A DNA stretch of 64,000 nt from NCBI GenBank assembly GCA_040285825.1, contig JAUPSS010000007.1, forward strand, positions 2,702,689 through 2,766,688. The letters run 5' to 3'. The position numbers and the translations under genes are program-made. This DNA comes from Eukaryota sp. TZLM1-RC (Eukaryota; Protista; Metamonada: BaSk clade). Below are positions 34,645 to 47,699 of the stretch, one piece after another (position 1 is the stretch's first letter; each line of letters opens with the position of its first letter). Under the pieces are notes generated by a model, which was not told the DNA's origin, did not search any database, and saw only the letters and a program-made list of their open reading frames with translations.

Positions 34645-36850
34645 TATTACTGCAATTAAAGTTCGTAAAGCTATTCAGAAATTACCAAAGGGGAAAGCAG
34701 CAGGCCCATCTGGAATTTATTTTGATCTCTTAAAAATAGCGTGTTCCAGTGCTCCCGAAATTGCGGATGATCTAGCCCATTATTTTCAACAATTAATTGT
34801 TTTGAAAATTAATCCTCCATTTGAATTACTCGCTGCACGTCTGATTGCTTTAGTAAAGCCTGGAAACGGAAGCAAACCTGATGGAATACGTCCAATTGCC
34901 GTTGGTGAATCTTTATCTCGTTTGTTAGCATCGATTGTCTTCGATCGTGTCAAAGACAAAGCTTCCAAACCTTCGAATCCTCATCAATTTGGAATAAAAA
35001 CAATCGATGGTGCTTCTGTTGCTGCTCTTGCCTCTGATACTTTTTTAAATGCAGAGGAAAATAACTTTATTTTTAATCTCGACTTTACAAATGCTTTTAA
35101 TTCTGTGAAACGAAAAGCAATTTTTGAAGTAATTAAATCTGATTTTCCTGAGCTATCGAGTTTTTCTACCATTTTTATGGTCAAGAATTAGATTTAATAT
35201 TTAATTCATTTGGTCTTAAATCATCTTCTGGTGTGAAGCAAGGTGATCCTTTAGGCCCATTATTGTTTTGTTTAGCTATTCACAAAACATTCAATATCAT
35301 TAAGCAAAAATACCCTTCTATAAAAATAGTTGCTTATATGGATGATATATCCTTGATTGGTTCATTTAATTTACTAGAATTGGTTGCTCAAGAAATTGCC
35401 GATTCATATGAAAATATTGGGCTTTATCTTAATGCGAGCAAATGCCTTCTGATTGGCTCTTCTGCTCAAGATCTTGTGATAAACGATTCTATTGTCCCTT
35501 TTACTAATTATAGTAGTGATGCTTTTAAGTTCCTTGGTTGTTGGTTAGGAAACGTGCCTCAAATTCAGAATGAATTGCAAGTTTTGGAAAAAATGAAAAA
35601 TTGAACTTGATTCAATTTCTTCTTTAGATATAGAAAAGTATATTAAACTTTTCATGCTTAAAATTTGCTACACTGGGAGAATAACCCACATTTTGAGATC
35701 TTGTGCTCCTTCCATAGCATTAGATTTTTGTCGTTCATTTAATTCATTGAGAACAGAATTTTTTGCTGATTTATTGGATGTAGAACCAGGAATGTTGAAA
35801 AGCCATTTATTTTCTTCAGCAAATTTGGGTGGTATTGGATTTACTAAGTCTTCAATTTTGTGTCAATCAGCATTCCTGGGTGGTGGCAAAAATTTTATTT
35901 ATGAATTTTCTCGTAGATTTCCTGATGATTCTCATCTGTTAGTCCCCAATTGCAGTCCCTATTTGTATGAGTTATCTTGTGAACTTGAAAAATTGCCGCC
36001 ACAAATTTGGACAAAATGTTTTCCTCAATCAATTCAAGAAATTCCAAACCGATCTCTTTTTAATTTACAGTTTTGCTGTAAAAAGCTTCAACAAAAATTG
36101 TCAAAGATTTTTGAAAGTTTGGATTTTGATGTTAGACTTGGCTTGGCCAAGAAAAAGAATCCCGCTTTTGCAAATCTTTTACAAGATATGTGTGACAGTA
36201 CTTCTTCTGCCTTTGCAACAACAATTCCCCAAGTTTATGGTACTCTCTTAACCGATTCTGCTTGGACTCTGAATATGAGATTTCGTTCCTTTATCTGGCC
36301 TGATAATTTACCTCATAATTTAATTTGTAAATGTTCTCGAGAAATTACAACTACTCATTTGTTAAATTGTAAACATTTTATTACTTTTAGAAGCAAGGTT
36401 CATGATGCTGTAAGAGACCAGTTATATTGTATGTGTAAATCTCATAGAATTGAATCCTTCTTGGAACCTCTATTGTCAAATCTGTTTGATGCTGAAGATG
36501 ATTTTCATAAGAATAATAGAGGTGATGTTATATTACCTGGATTAGATGAAAGTTTCATTTATTGTATCCATTTGTATTTTCCCTTTTTGGTTCACTTGCA
36601 CCAACTGCTTTACGTTTTTTGGATGATTTTGAAATGATTGTAAAGAGAAGAACTGGCAGAAATTTCAACAGATTGTTTTGGCAAAATAGAATTGTGTTTT
36701 CTATCTTTAAGGGGATGTTGAAGATGGTTTCTGATGCTTTGCTTTCTCTTGGATCTCACTATGAGAGAATTGCATCTAGTGTTTTTGTTCTGGGAGAGAT
36801 GGATTTTTTAGATGTTGATTTATAGGTTTTGAATAACATTCAAATTTTGT
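34645..36850 (+). mobile_element. CRE-like non-LTR retrotransposon (family C), the most complete RT-RLE in the window, frameshifted
   Basis: PKGKAAGPSG, RLIALVKP..GIRPIAVGE, QFG, LDFTNAFNS, GVKQGDPLGPLLF, YMDD, LGGIG, CKC..HLLNC, RGD and LDVDL*, followed by an A-run. Confidence 0.9.
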
Positions 36851-39770
36851 AAAAAAACATATTAATCAATTTATTAATGTCTTTATTGACAAACCAGATG
36901 TGGAAAATGTGTTAGAAGAAATGCACAAGCTGGGTGGGTACTCAACGCCATTATCTACCATTATTTCACTATATAAATTTAGGCCTCGTCAATTCAAGAA
37001 CTTGTTTTCAGTTGATGAAAGAGATTGCCTGAGTTCTTTGTTTCATCATCCTGAAAATATTTCAGACCTTCTGAATGATGAATTTTTCAATTTATGTGAA
37101 CAACATGATATAAGAAATAATGAACTTAGAGACATATTTAAAGGTCTTATTGAGCCATTTACTGGTGAAATTGAAAATTTGGTCACTGACGAGAATTTAG
37201 TTGACAACATATTTCCAGTGGATGTACATTTTCTTGCAGACGCTGTTGAAAAAGATCCTCGAATATTCTTAACACCAGCAATTATAATTGCCCAAAATAT
37301 TGTCAGTAGAGAGAAAAAACCTTATCATATTTCTCCTGTGATGCCGTTAGGCAGATGAACACACGAAGGAGAGAGAGAAATCTGAGTTTATTAATAAAAC
37401 TGATTCATAAACGAGTATCACGTCATCAGTCAAAATACAATGAAACCTACTAATTCAATTTAAGTTCGACAACAACACTACCTTTTCCCATTTTTCTGAG
37501 GACAAATACAGTACTGGCTCAATAGAGGGGAGATATGGGGTTTGTTAAATTCTCCGGTGCATCGATGGTATGAGAACGTTGGATACCTACGAAAAGAAGT
37601 CCTCTGGCAAATCGGTTCAGAAAAGCTATGTCTGGCAACTTCAGTCCGGAAGCCCTACTCTTTACCTGGAAAAAAAAACGTCGCAGGTAACAGGACATAC
37701 GTTCTCGGACGTCACCAATACGGACATAAAGCATCAGTTCTGACATAGCCAGACTAAAATCTTCGTACATGGCGAACGATACGACAGATTGTAGATGTCT
37801 GAGAAGAACATCGTCACTGGATCAGCCGTCGGATTTCTGGAGAGATAGGGACTCTAACAGAAAAGAATCGACCAAGAGTCTTGCTGGAACAAGCTCTTTC
37901 TTAGGAGTCACCGAAGAATAAATCTTTCACTCCTATAGGAACAGAAGAACACTTTCAACTTTCATGGAAGAAAGAGACGTCAGGTTAACAGAGGGAACAG
38001 TCATCTGAAATAAGAAGGGCCAATAATTATTGATGCCGTTAGGCAGATGAACACACGAAGGAGAGAGAGAAATCTGAGTTTATTAATAAAACTGATTCAT
38101 AAACGAGTATCACGTCATCAGTCAAAATACAATGAAACCTACTAATTCAATTTAAGTTCGACAACAACACCTGTTTCAACCACTGTAGGCCCTGGATATT
38201 TTACTATTGATACAAGAACATTATGGACAATCTTTAGACAAACATTGATGGACGATTTGGTGCCTGATTCAGAGATTAAGAACGGTCAATACACTAGCCC
38301 AAGTTCATAGACTTAAACCACCTGAGCAATTTGACTTTTGGTCTAATATTCTCGATTTCTCAACTTCATAGGACTTTAATTTAACAATTTGATTAGCAGC
38401 CTTAATATCATACGATGAAACCATATCGTAAATAATTTCATCTTCTATAGTGTTATGGATTACTTGTTGAGCGAATGTTGTTTCTGGCCCAATAAAAGGA
38501 TTTATTTTATTTAGATCTTCTAATTGTACTGTAATTATTTTTAAAAATTCTGACTTATGTTTTTCTATATCTATTTTTCTATCTACGTGAAATTCTTTAG
38601 AAGAATAAATAATTTTATTTTCTTCAAATTCTCTATAATTATTAAACCAACAAATGTTCAAACAGAAGAGCTGAAAATTCAACAACATTATCCACACAAA
38701 TGAATTTAATATCGCAGTAGAATTTGTTGGTCAGGATTTACAAGGTCAGAAATGTAAGCCAGACAACAAGGCCAGAATTTCGGATTTAAATATTGATGAT
38801 GTCGATGTTGATGCTTTTCAAGACAAACAAATTGTTGTTTGTGATCCTGGAAATCGTGATTTATTGTATTTTGGGAGTAAAAATACGGATCAAGAATTAA
38901 CCACGTTGCCTGAACATGAAACTGAACAGCAAAGAAAAAGTCCAGTGATGAATCAAGACAAGAAGTACATTTGGTTGAGCATGACTCAGATGTCCTAGTC
39001 TTTGAAAAGTAGGATGAATGAAAAACAGAAACGATGGGCGACAAAGTATACTGAGGTAGGTTACGACAGGAACCAAATGATAGAGTCTAACGAAATGATA
39101 ATTGAAGATGCAAACACCAAATTATCCGCGTTTGCTGCCGATTTAGCAACTTTACTAGATTTTTCTAACTTTGTGATTGCCAAACTTCGGCAAGTTTTTT
39201 TTGACAATTGACTTTTATAGTCTTGACTTGTGGAGCATTCATAAAATGCAAGCTTTTATTCACAAGCAAAAGACTGAAAGTTGGTTGTTAAAAAGCCTTG
39301 TTCAGCAGTTTGGCAACCCAAAAGAGACTTTAATACTAATGGGTGATTATGGTAAAAAAGGTTTCAAGAATTTGAAACATCAGAGACCTACTAGAGGAAT
39401 TGGATGGATTCAATTTCTGAAAAGCAGTGGATTTGAAGTATTGATGATTAATGAAGCGTTCACTTCAGCAAAATGTCCTGTTTTTTGAAAAGGTTGCTAC
39501 GTTTTTGAGAATAACAAATCTCAGATTTTATAGAAGAGAAAAGACTCCTGTTACTACGTGTCATGGTTTATTAGCTCGTGAGAGCGAGAGTTGCAAAATC
39601 AGTAACAAAGGCTCAACAAAGCTTTTCAAAAGAAATAAGCTGGCTTCTTTGAATATGTTTGCATTTGCTGAAGCCAGAATGAGTGGTAATGAAAGGCCTC
39701 AGTATCTGTGTAGTAGATAGTTTTTGTAATTATTCCACACGAAAATTGATCGTGTAGCTATGGGAATTTC
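36850..39770 (+). mobile_element. Fanzor1-type element, copy 2 (5'-truncated, two nested insertions)
   Basis: Closely similar to copy 1: VVCDPGNRDLLY (38843), MGDYG..PTRGIG..INEAFTSAKC, CHGLL, KRNKLA and GNERPQYLCSR*. Confidence 0.88.
37339..38169 (-). mobile_element. 831-bp mini LTR retroelement (TRIM-like) with gag relic
   Basis: Identical 139-bp TG..CA LTRs (37339-37477, 38031-38169); CCTG target-site duplication; polypurine tract gggaaaaggtag on the minus strand next to the 3' LTR; gag-like frame (SCYLRRF..NRFARGL) with stops. Confidence 0.9.
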
Positions 39771-40525
39771 AATATTTCCGAGATAACAACCCAAAAAACG
39801 AGAACCAGACTCATCATAATTGATAAAGGGGACATTGACATCATTAATGAAAAAATCAATTGGTTCATGGCCAATAATCAAACATTTGGAGATATTCAAT
39901 GAGAGACCAATATCTTCATAACGCTGTTGAATAAAAGTTGCTATTTGTTTCAGAATTGCAATAGGAGCAATTACAGAAATGTCATCCATATATGCTACAA
40001 TATCTATTTCTGGGAATTTTTCTTTCAATTCGCACATTAATGGATGAATTGCCAGACAAAAGAAAAAAGGACCAAGTGGATCACCTTGTTTAACACCTGA
40101 AGACGAAAGCAGGTCAAAGTTTTCATAGACCAATGTGGATGATTTTCCATAAAATGAATAGAAAAAAGGCTCAACTTCAGGAAAATGCTTTCGCAGCAAA
40201 GGTAAAATGGAAGAACGAGATACAGAATTGAAAGCATTCTTAAAATCTAAATTAAAGATGTAATTAGAATCACTAGAATTAAAAAACACATCCGACGAAA
40301 GAGCAGCAGAAGAAGCACCATCAATTGTCTTGATTCCAAATTGAAATGGACTGAAAAATTCCTTGGCTTTTTTCCCAATTCTATTGAAAACAAGAGACGC
40401 AAGAATTCTTGAAAACGATTCTCCAATTGCAATTGGACGGATTTTGGATTGACTTTTTTTGAGGGCAATTAAGCGAGCACTAGTCATCTCATAAGGGACT
40501 TTAATTTTTAACGTATCCTGTTTGA
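39771..40525 (-). mobile_element. Reverse transcriptase core fragment of a CRE-like element (family D)
   Basis: RLIALKK..IRPIAIGE, LDFKNAFNS, GVKQGDPLGP, YMDD and FLGCYLGN. Confidence 0.9.
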
Positions 40526-41720
40526 AATGCTGAAAATCTCAAAATCAAAGCATGCAGTGAACCTTTGTCCAGATTGTCCAATCAACAGCATGCAAAATAC
40601 AATTTGTATACATTTGTATTTTCTCTTATTGGTTCACTTGCTCCAAAGGCTTTACGTTCTTTTGTCCGATTTTGGAATAATTGTAAAGAGAAGAAATAAC
40701 AGAAACTTCAACAGATTGTTTTGGCAAAATAGAACTGTGTTTTCTATTTTTGAGGGGATGTTGAAGATGGTTTCTGATGCTTTGCTTTCTCTTGAATCTT
40801 ACTGTGAGAAAGTTGCTTTTAGGTTGCGGGAGACGGACCATTTAGATGTTGATCTATAGGGTTTTAATAAAATTATTAATACAAAGAAACTTTGAGTGTA
40901 TTGATTTGCGTTCACCACTGTAAGAAGTTTAATGGTGCGGTGTGATGGGAAAACAATCAAAAAAAGTGATCCAATTTTATTACATTATTATTTGGATTAT
41001 ATTGTACGTCTTATCTTGGCTAAAGAAAAAAATCCCGTTTTTGATTCATCTTGAAGACAGTTGCTCAAGTTGCTTAATCTCCCAAATTCCCAACATTTAT
41101 GGCCTTCTACTCAATGATCACCTATGGACCACTGCAATGAGAATGACATGTTTTCTATGGCCTTGTTCTTTACCAAATGATTTAATTTGTCGCTGCAAGA
41201 GTGTTGTTACGCTTTCCCATATTTCAAACTGTCAGTATTTTATAACTTATCGCTCAATTGTTCATGACTCAGTTCGGGATCAATTGTATGCCATGTGCAA
41301 AAGTTTCAATATAGAGGCATTTAATGAACCATTAGTACAAGCTGTCTTCAGATCAAACAGATGATTCCTTTGGTAAAAGAAGGGCAGATTGAGTAGCTCC
41401 AGGGATCGATGGTGTTCTCAATGTTGTGGATGTTGTCTCAGTTGTTGTTTGCAAAAATTCTGCTGCTGCTTGAGTGTATTCCGCTGGTTCGCCGTTATCT
41501 AACGCCGAAAAAAAGAAGATAAAAAAATATGAAGAACCTTTGGCACAATTAGGTAGAGTGGAACATGTGAAATATCAGTTTGTGCCGTTTGCAGTTTCTC
41601 TTTTTGGCAATATTGGACCTTCAGGGTTGCACTGTGTTTGAAAATTTCAAAAAAGTGTTACTGAATAGGTCTGGTAAATCAATGAATCCTTTTTGCTGGT
41701 TAAATAGAATTTTTATTAAG
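40526..41720 (+). mobile_element. 3' remnants of retrotransposon families C (to ~40880) and D (~40990-41720)
   Basis: FNRLFWQNR..LDVDL*, then sequence colinear with 33890-34540. Confidence 0.75.
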
Positions 41721-41744
41721 TTGTTTTTTCAGTGTTAATTTAAG

Positions 41745-44660
41745 TCTGTCCTCCTCTTCAATATTACCTATGCGTTAAGGGTCCTTTGAATTTCAATTTG
41801 GATCAAAAAATTGGAGTTGAAATCAAAATATTCATGATTTGGATGTCATATCGAAGAAACCAGAAAATTGTCAACAACAATATTAAGACAATTCACAATG
41901 ACTTGTTTAAAGTGAAACTTGATCCTCAAATGTTGTATTTTTGATTGCAACAGGCCGTGAACGACAGGTTAGTGTTTCTATCTAGTCAACTGAAGCAAAG
42001 GAAAGATTGATTATATCCAAACTATTGAAAATAATTTCTGACTTAGAAATATAATCAATTAATCTCAAAAAAGATTCCAGTATTTGAGAATCTTAAATAA
42101 AATAAATATAAAATAAATAAATATTTTTTCACAAAGCTCCACAGTAATTACTATACGCTTATGTGGACGGGTTTTCATTTTCTGATTTGATTTTAATAGT
42201 TGATTTTTGTATTTTGGACAAAACAAAATGTATGATACAACACTGTCCGTATGGGACAAGTAGCAGCTCGCAAAAGCCAAATTTTTGTAAATATCGCAAC
42301 AAAGCTGTTCATGACTTGGATAAGGTCCAAAAACTTCACTAGACTACTACAAGCCCCTGTTCTTGCTTGCTTTTTTATGGCGAACCACCTGTGGCCGACT
42401 ATGATCCTTTGTTTGCACTTTCCCCTGCATAAACCTTTTGTTGTTGTGTTGAAGCCAATTGCGATAAAATGCTGAGTCCATCTGTTGCTAACAATTCTTT
42501 CGATTCTTTTTTAATCTCATCAAAAAGTTTCTCTCTGGTTTCTCTACTAAAGAGGCACTTGCAGTTAACGGATTTTGTCTGGAAAGATTTCTTCAAGAAA
42601 ATCACTTTCTTCATTCAGTTGTAACCATCATTCATTGCTCATGATGGTGTCAAAGCTTGAACCCTTCAATATTCATCAATATTATTATCGTGAACTCGCT
42701 GATACGTCAACCTCAATAACATCATGGTATAATGGGACTGCATCAATATTTTGAACCAAACACAATGGTGTATGTTTAAATAGAAAAAGTTGAACTCATA
42801 GTCCCATGAACACCAATATGATTTTGTTTCTAATAAACTAAATGTGAATGATGCATACCAGAGATGAATCTTGCATATGGTACCTCTGGTTATTGAAAAT
42901 ATTTTTCTATTGTTGGTTAATTGGAAAAGAGAGTGGAAAGCAACTAGAAAGACAGGCGCTTCATCGGAGCAGTCACGTGTGAAGAGCAGTGACTAGTAAC
43001 CGTTACTGCTCAACAAGATTTGGTTCTAATGGCTGGTAAATAAGCAAATCAAATCCTAGATAGTGGAAGTATTCTATTTTAAGAATCATTCTAATCAATC
43101 AACAATCAATCATTCTAATCACCATAATCATGATACCCACTGGATAAAGGTAAAGGAAACATACTTCGACGGCGACTCCTAGTGGGTGGGGAAAAAGTAA
43201 CATCACTGGATGAGAAGAGACCACGACCTGGGTGATTGAGCATTGATCTAGGAAGATATACAGAAATATATATATAATTAGGTTCTTAGCTATGTCCCAG
43301 ACTATGTTAATTAGGGTTAGAGTTAGGGTTAGGATACTCCGAAACCAAATTTTGTTGCTATGGTTTTTTAAATGATAATGATGTTGAAAGAAATGGTGAA
43401 ACACTTCCTGTCGAACTGTATAGTATCAATTAAAGTTAGCTGATACCATAATGTTGCGTATATCACATGAGGAACACATTGGCACTATGTGACAAAGCAA
43501 ATAGCAAGATGGAGCGGAAAGAGGAGAGATGACCATAGTACAAGAGGATAACTTGTCAAACAGAGAAACTGATTCTAGTGAGTGAAAACAACAAAAGGCT
43601 GACTAGAGAGCGAGCAACGAAAGGGAGATCGTGATGGTTATGCGTGATCAGGGAGTGGTTGCAGCAGGTTGTTTGCATCGAGAATACGTGCTTCGCCGTT
43701 GTTATTTGTTGTACTGTGTTGTTTTTGTTGTATACTGTTGTTTTTGTTGTTAACATGAACCTCAGTGTAACGAAACTTTTGCTTGATAAATTCATGTTCA
43801 TCATTTTCAATGCTTGTTGACAAATGAGAACACCATAGCATGGGACAATGTAAGGGCATGTAACGTCGTGCAGTGGCTCTACCTCTCTTGAAAGTTGATT
43901 TTCCACAGTTTGGTCTATTAAAAAAATCAAGGAAACTTTTTCATAGGGATATTTAAGAGACTCTTCCGGATCAGAAATTAAAAATAATCCTATAAAGTAG
44001 GAAAATAGAATTCATACTCTGCTAAAGTGTGTAAAAATCTGCCAAAAAATGTACAATGGAGGTAGAAAGTGAAACAAACGGAGAAAATACAAATGGATAA
44101 AAGAACTATCTTTGACAGATGTAAATGGTATTTTTTGTGTTGTTGTTTACGCAGATTACTAGACAATATTCTTTAATCTTGATATTCTTGATGTTGGATA
44201 TAGGATTTTATTCTTTTGAATTAAATAATATTTAATTCGAGAATTGGTAAAATCAATCATACATTAGATCTGATACAGTTCTTACTGGGTGATTCACGAG
44301 TGATTCAGTTGATACGATAACATCCTACCCTTCACCTTGGAAATTGTCTTCACCATCACAAATATTAAATGATCTCAGTTCCAATAAAAAAGTAATTATT
44401 TGTTTATTGAACCTACACACTTGATTAAATTAATTCATAACTAATGGGACGAATATCATTGAACCAAAATTTTTCTCTACAAAATCTTGATCTGCTTGCT
44501 GTCTAGCTAAAGCTTCTCTTATTCGATTGAAAAACCGAGGTTATCTATTAATAATAGCAAATTGAATCCGATAGCGCCATAAAAAAATAGCAAATCTTGG
44601 CATTGTTTTTTTTCTTGAACATTTGTTGGAAATCATTCAAAAAAGTTGCTGCTTCTATTG
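41745..44660. repeat. ~2.9-kb segmental duplication, copy 1
   Basis: Colinear and highly similar to 48660-51555; ends in a family A 3' tail. Confidence 0.9.
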
Positions 44661-45055
44661 AGTATTATCAAAATCATACACTTATAGCATTGTTTGTGTT
44701 ACTGATGTTGTGATTTTGAGTTGAACGAACTCGTCCAATTGATTTGACAATGGCTAATTAAAAAAATATAATTAAAAATAAAAATAAAAATATTAATATT
44801 AATAATATAATAATAATAACTATTGAAAAAAAGAAATGTACAAGCACAATAGGCAATTCAATTGAATGATCTTTGAAGATAATATTTATTATGTCGTCAC
44901 TATTTTCTTAGTGAATGGAAATTTGCTGATTGAAAGTTGTTGAAGGGATCAACTGAAACAAACTCGTTGATTACCATCAATGTTGACTGTTAAAAAAATA
45001 AAAAAATAATAAAATAAAAAAATAAAAAAATATTTATTAATAAAAAAAAGAAAAC

Positions 45056-45373
45056 CTAAACACCAAAACCATACAAAACACGTCCTTGTCTTTTCAAACC
45101 ATAGACAACATCCATGGCAGTAAGAGTCTTCCTTCCTGCATGTTCAGAATAAGTAATAGAGTCACGGATCACGTTTTCGAGGAAAGTACGGAGAACAGTA
45201 CGGGTTTCATCATAGATAAGTGCAGAGATACGCTTGACACCACCACGACGAGCAAGACGACGAATAGCAGGCTTGGTAATCCCTTGGATGTTATCACGAA
45301 GGTTTTTCTTATGCCGACGAGCGGGGATGCCCGTCTTTCCTAGACCTTTTCCACCTTTTCCACGGCCAGTCAT
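45056..45373 (-). CDS. H4: Histone H4 (near-canonical fold)
   Basis: [50 protein letters not shown]. Confidence 0.97.
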   Translation of the reverse strand: MTGRGKGGKGLGKTGIPARRHKKNLRDNIQGITKPAIRRLARRGGVKRISALIYDETRTVLRTFLENVIRDSITYSEHAGRKTLTAMDVVYGLKRQGRVLYGFGV

Positions 45374-47699
45374 TGAGGTTCGATGAATATAAGAATCAAA
45401 GATTGAAAGGAGTTTGGGAATTCGAGTTTGATTCTGGAAATTCTCTTGCCAAGATTAATTGTTGTTTCACGTCAACCCTTCTCGTCTCAATCACAGAACT
45501 TTAGTTAAAATCTCTTGTGCAATGACTAGTTTGAACTTTGATTAACAACATCTAAAACTTCAAACTCAAAGAATCGCCAACAACCTCATTTTACTTCTAT
45601 TCCAACACTTCATTGAACAGGATCCTTGGTCTTTCTCTACACAACACGACCTTTCTTATAGCAACCAAATAGTATCATCATTCCCAGTATAGGTTCGACA
45701 CCAAACAAAAGCTGCTTGGTAGTGTTGATCGAGAAAAAACAGTTCCCTACTTCAAACAATTGCCAGTGTATAATCATCATGACTTAACTTAAATGTAGCC
45801 AAATTTTGGAAATCAAAGTCAAACATTTGGTAAAAGTGACTCCAATTGATCTCTTCTTCAGCCTCATCAGCAAAAATTTCATCAGTTGAAGAAAAGTTAG
45901 AATTGGTACAAATGTGATGATCTGAAGTCAAAATTTGAATAAAACAACTACAATTTGTTTTAAAACAAATTTGATAAATTAAATAACCATGGTCTTTTAA
46001 TTTCTTTTCCTTTTGACAAAGAATTTCAATTTTGGAATTTGAATTGTTGATTTCTTATCTTAACTTAATCAGTATAGCACTTGCTTCTTTCCCCTATCTT
46101 TTCGGGTTAATTCAATCGGTACATTAAATTTTGGATATTTCAAACAAATGAAATAAAAAAACATTCTTGAGTAAATTTTTCTGAAAAACTCAATATTTGA
46201 AAAAATTTGAGTTTTCATTCAATTTTTGGTCAACAATAGACATTTGAAGGTTTAATAGACAAAAGACAAAAATCTTCAGAAAAATAGTGAGTATTCCTTC
46301 ACCAAACAAAAGCCCGTTTCATTGGTAAAAAACACTTATTAAAAGCCAGCTATTCACAAAGAAATCATTTATAACAACCTAAACTTTGTAAATCCCTGGG
46401 AAGGTTTCACTTTGTCTTGCTTTGTTTTGCAAAAGGACAATTCCTTCCCAATTGGTATGCTTTTACTTCCGTGCTTCCTCATGAACTCTGGTAACAAAGG
46501 AATTTGGCTACACGTTCCCTTCGTGAGACATGGAGACACTGAGATTGCTCATCGACTCCTTTTCAAAAAAAAGGAAAAATCTAAGATTAAAAGGAAATCA
46601 AATCTTTTTTTTTCCAAGATTACTGAACAACAATGGTAACGAAGAATTGTACCAATTTCCACCTACAAAATTCATAAAATCATATGAAGACCTTTAAGGG
46701 AATTGAAACCACCAGGCTTATTGTCTACTTGAACAGAAAACCAATCCTCTTGGTAATCCTTAGGAATGGAAATTCTTGTCAAGACTTAAACCCTGGTTGA
46801 ATGATAACCATATTGAGCTATGGTTTGAGGGTTATTGGTGACTAAAAAATGATCTTTTTCGCCTTTTCAGACTGTTTCCTGACTGAATATTGGGTTCCTT
46901 ACCAACCAGTAGAGACTAAACAGAACCACCATCAACAACAATTCAAAAGTTCTAAACAGTGTGCATTTATTGATGGATTTTATTCAAATTTGATTGACCT
47001 TGAGTTCTTCTCAAAATTTTCGCATTAGTGATTTATAAGGATGATTCTGCTTTCAAAAAACATGAAATTCTCTTGTTCAAACCATCACAAATCAAAAATA
47101 AATTGAAAATGAGTTGGATTATCCACCAAAGATAGTGCTTTTCGGAACCCTTGTTGCCATGTGGCAAGGTTATTTGGCTCAAACTCACAAATGCAATGAA
47201 TCCTGTGGACCAACTACCACTTTGGAATCCAAATGAAGTTGAGTTTTAAAGGCTGTGAACATTGACCAGCATTTGCTTAAGCATAGGCACAAAGAATAAA
47301 TAAATTTCAGTAAATATATTGTTATAACCCTATAACAAAAAACTTTAAAGCCAAAGTAAATGGTGAAATTGTTGACAAAAATCATTCTCGAAATGGGAGA
47401 GACCATTATATCAATGAAAATATATATGGGTTGTTGGTGACTTGAACAAAAGAATCATAAATCCATATAAAAGATGATTTCACATGAAAGATAATATCTC
47501 GGATATTATAGAGGTGAAACATACCCATTGGATTACAAAATCTTTGTAGTCATTTCTGTTTTTTCTCTGGAAAGCAATTCCTATCTGTAAAAAGAGTTTG
47601 GGTATCTTTTCAAACAAATAACTCTTACGTCTGAATTGACAAGCAATGAGCAACAATTTCTCGCAGTTGTTGATCGATTAAAAAATTTGTTCCAACTCC

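Noticed and set aside
39699-39770. RT ORF C-terminus overlapping the Fanzor tail as an RT-Fanzor fusion
   Set aside because: Opposite strands; the ORF simply runs past the breakpoint at 39770/39771.
42065-43930. Short ORFs in the duplicated segment as real genes
   Set aside because: Frames differ between the two copies and no motifs are recognisable.
45685-45705. ggttcga as a tRNA T-loop
   Set aside because: No acceptor, D or anticodon stems around it. I could not support any tRNA or rRNA in the window.
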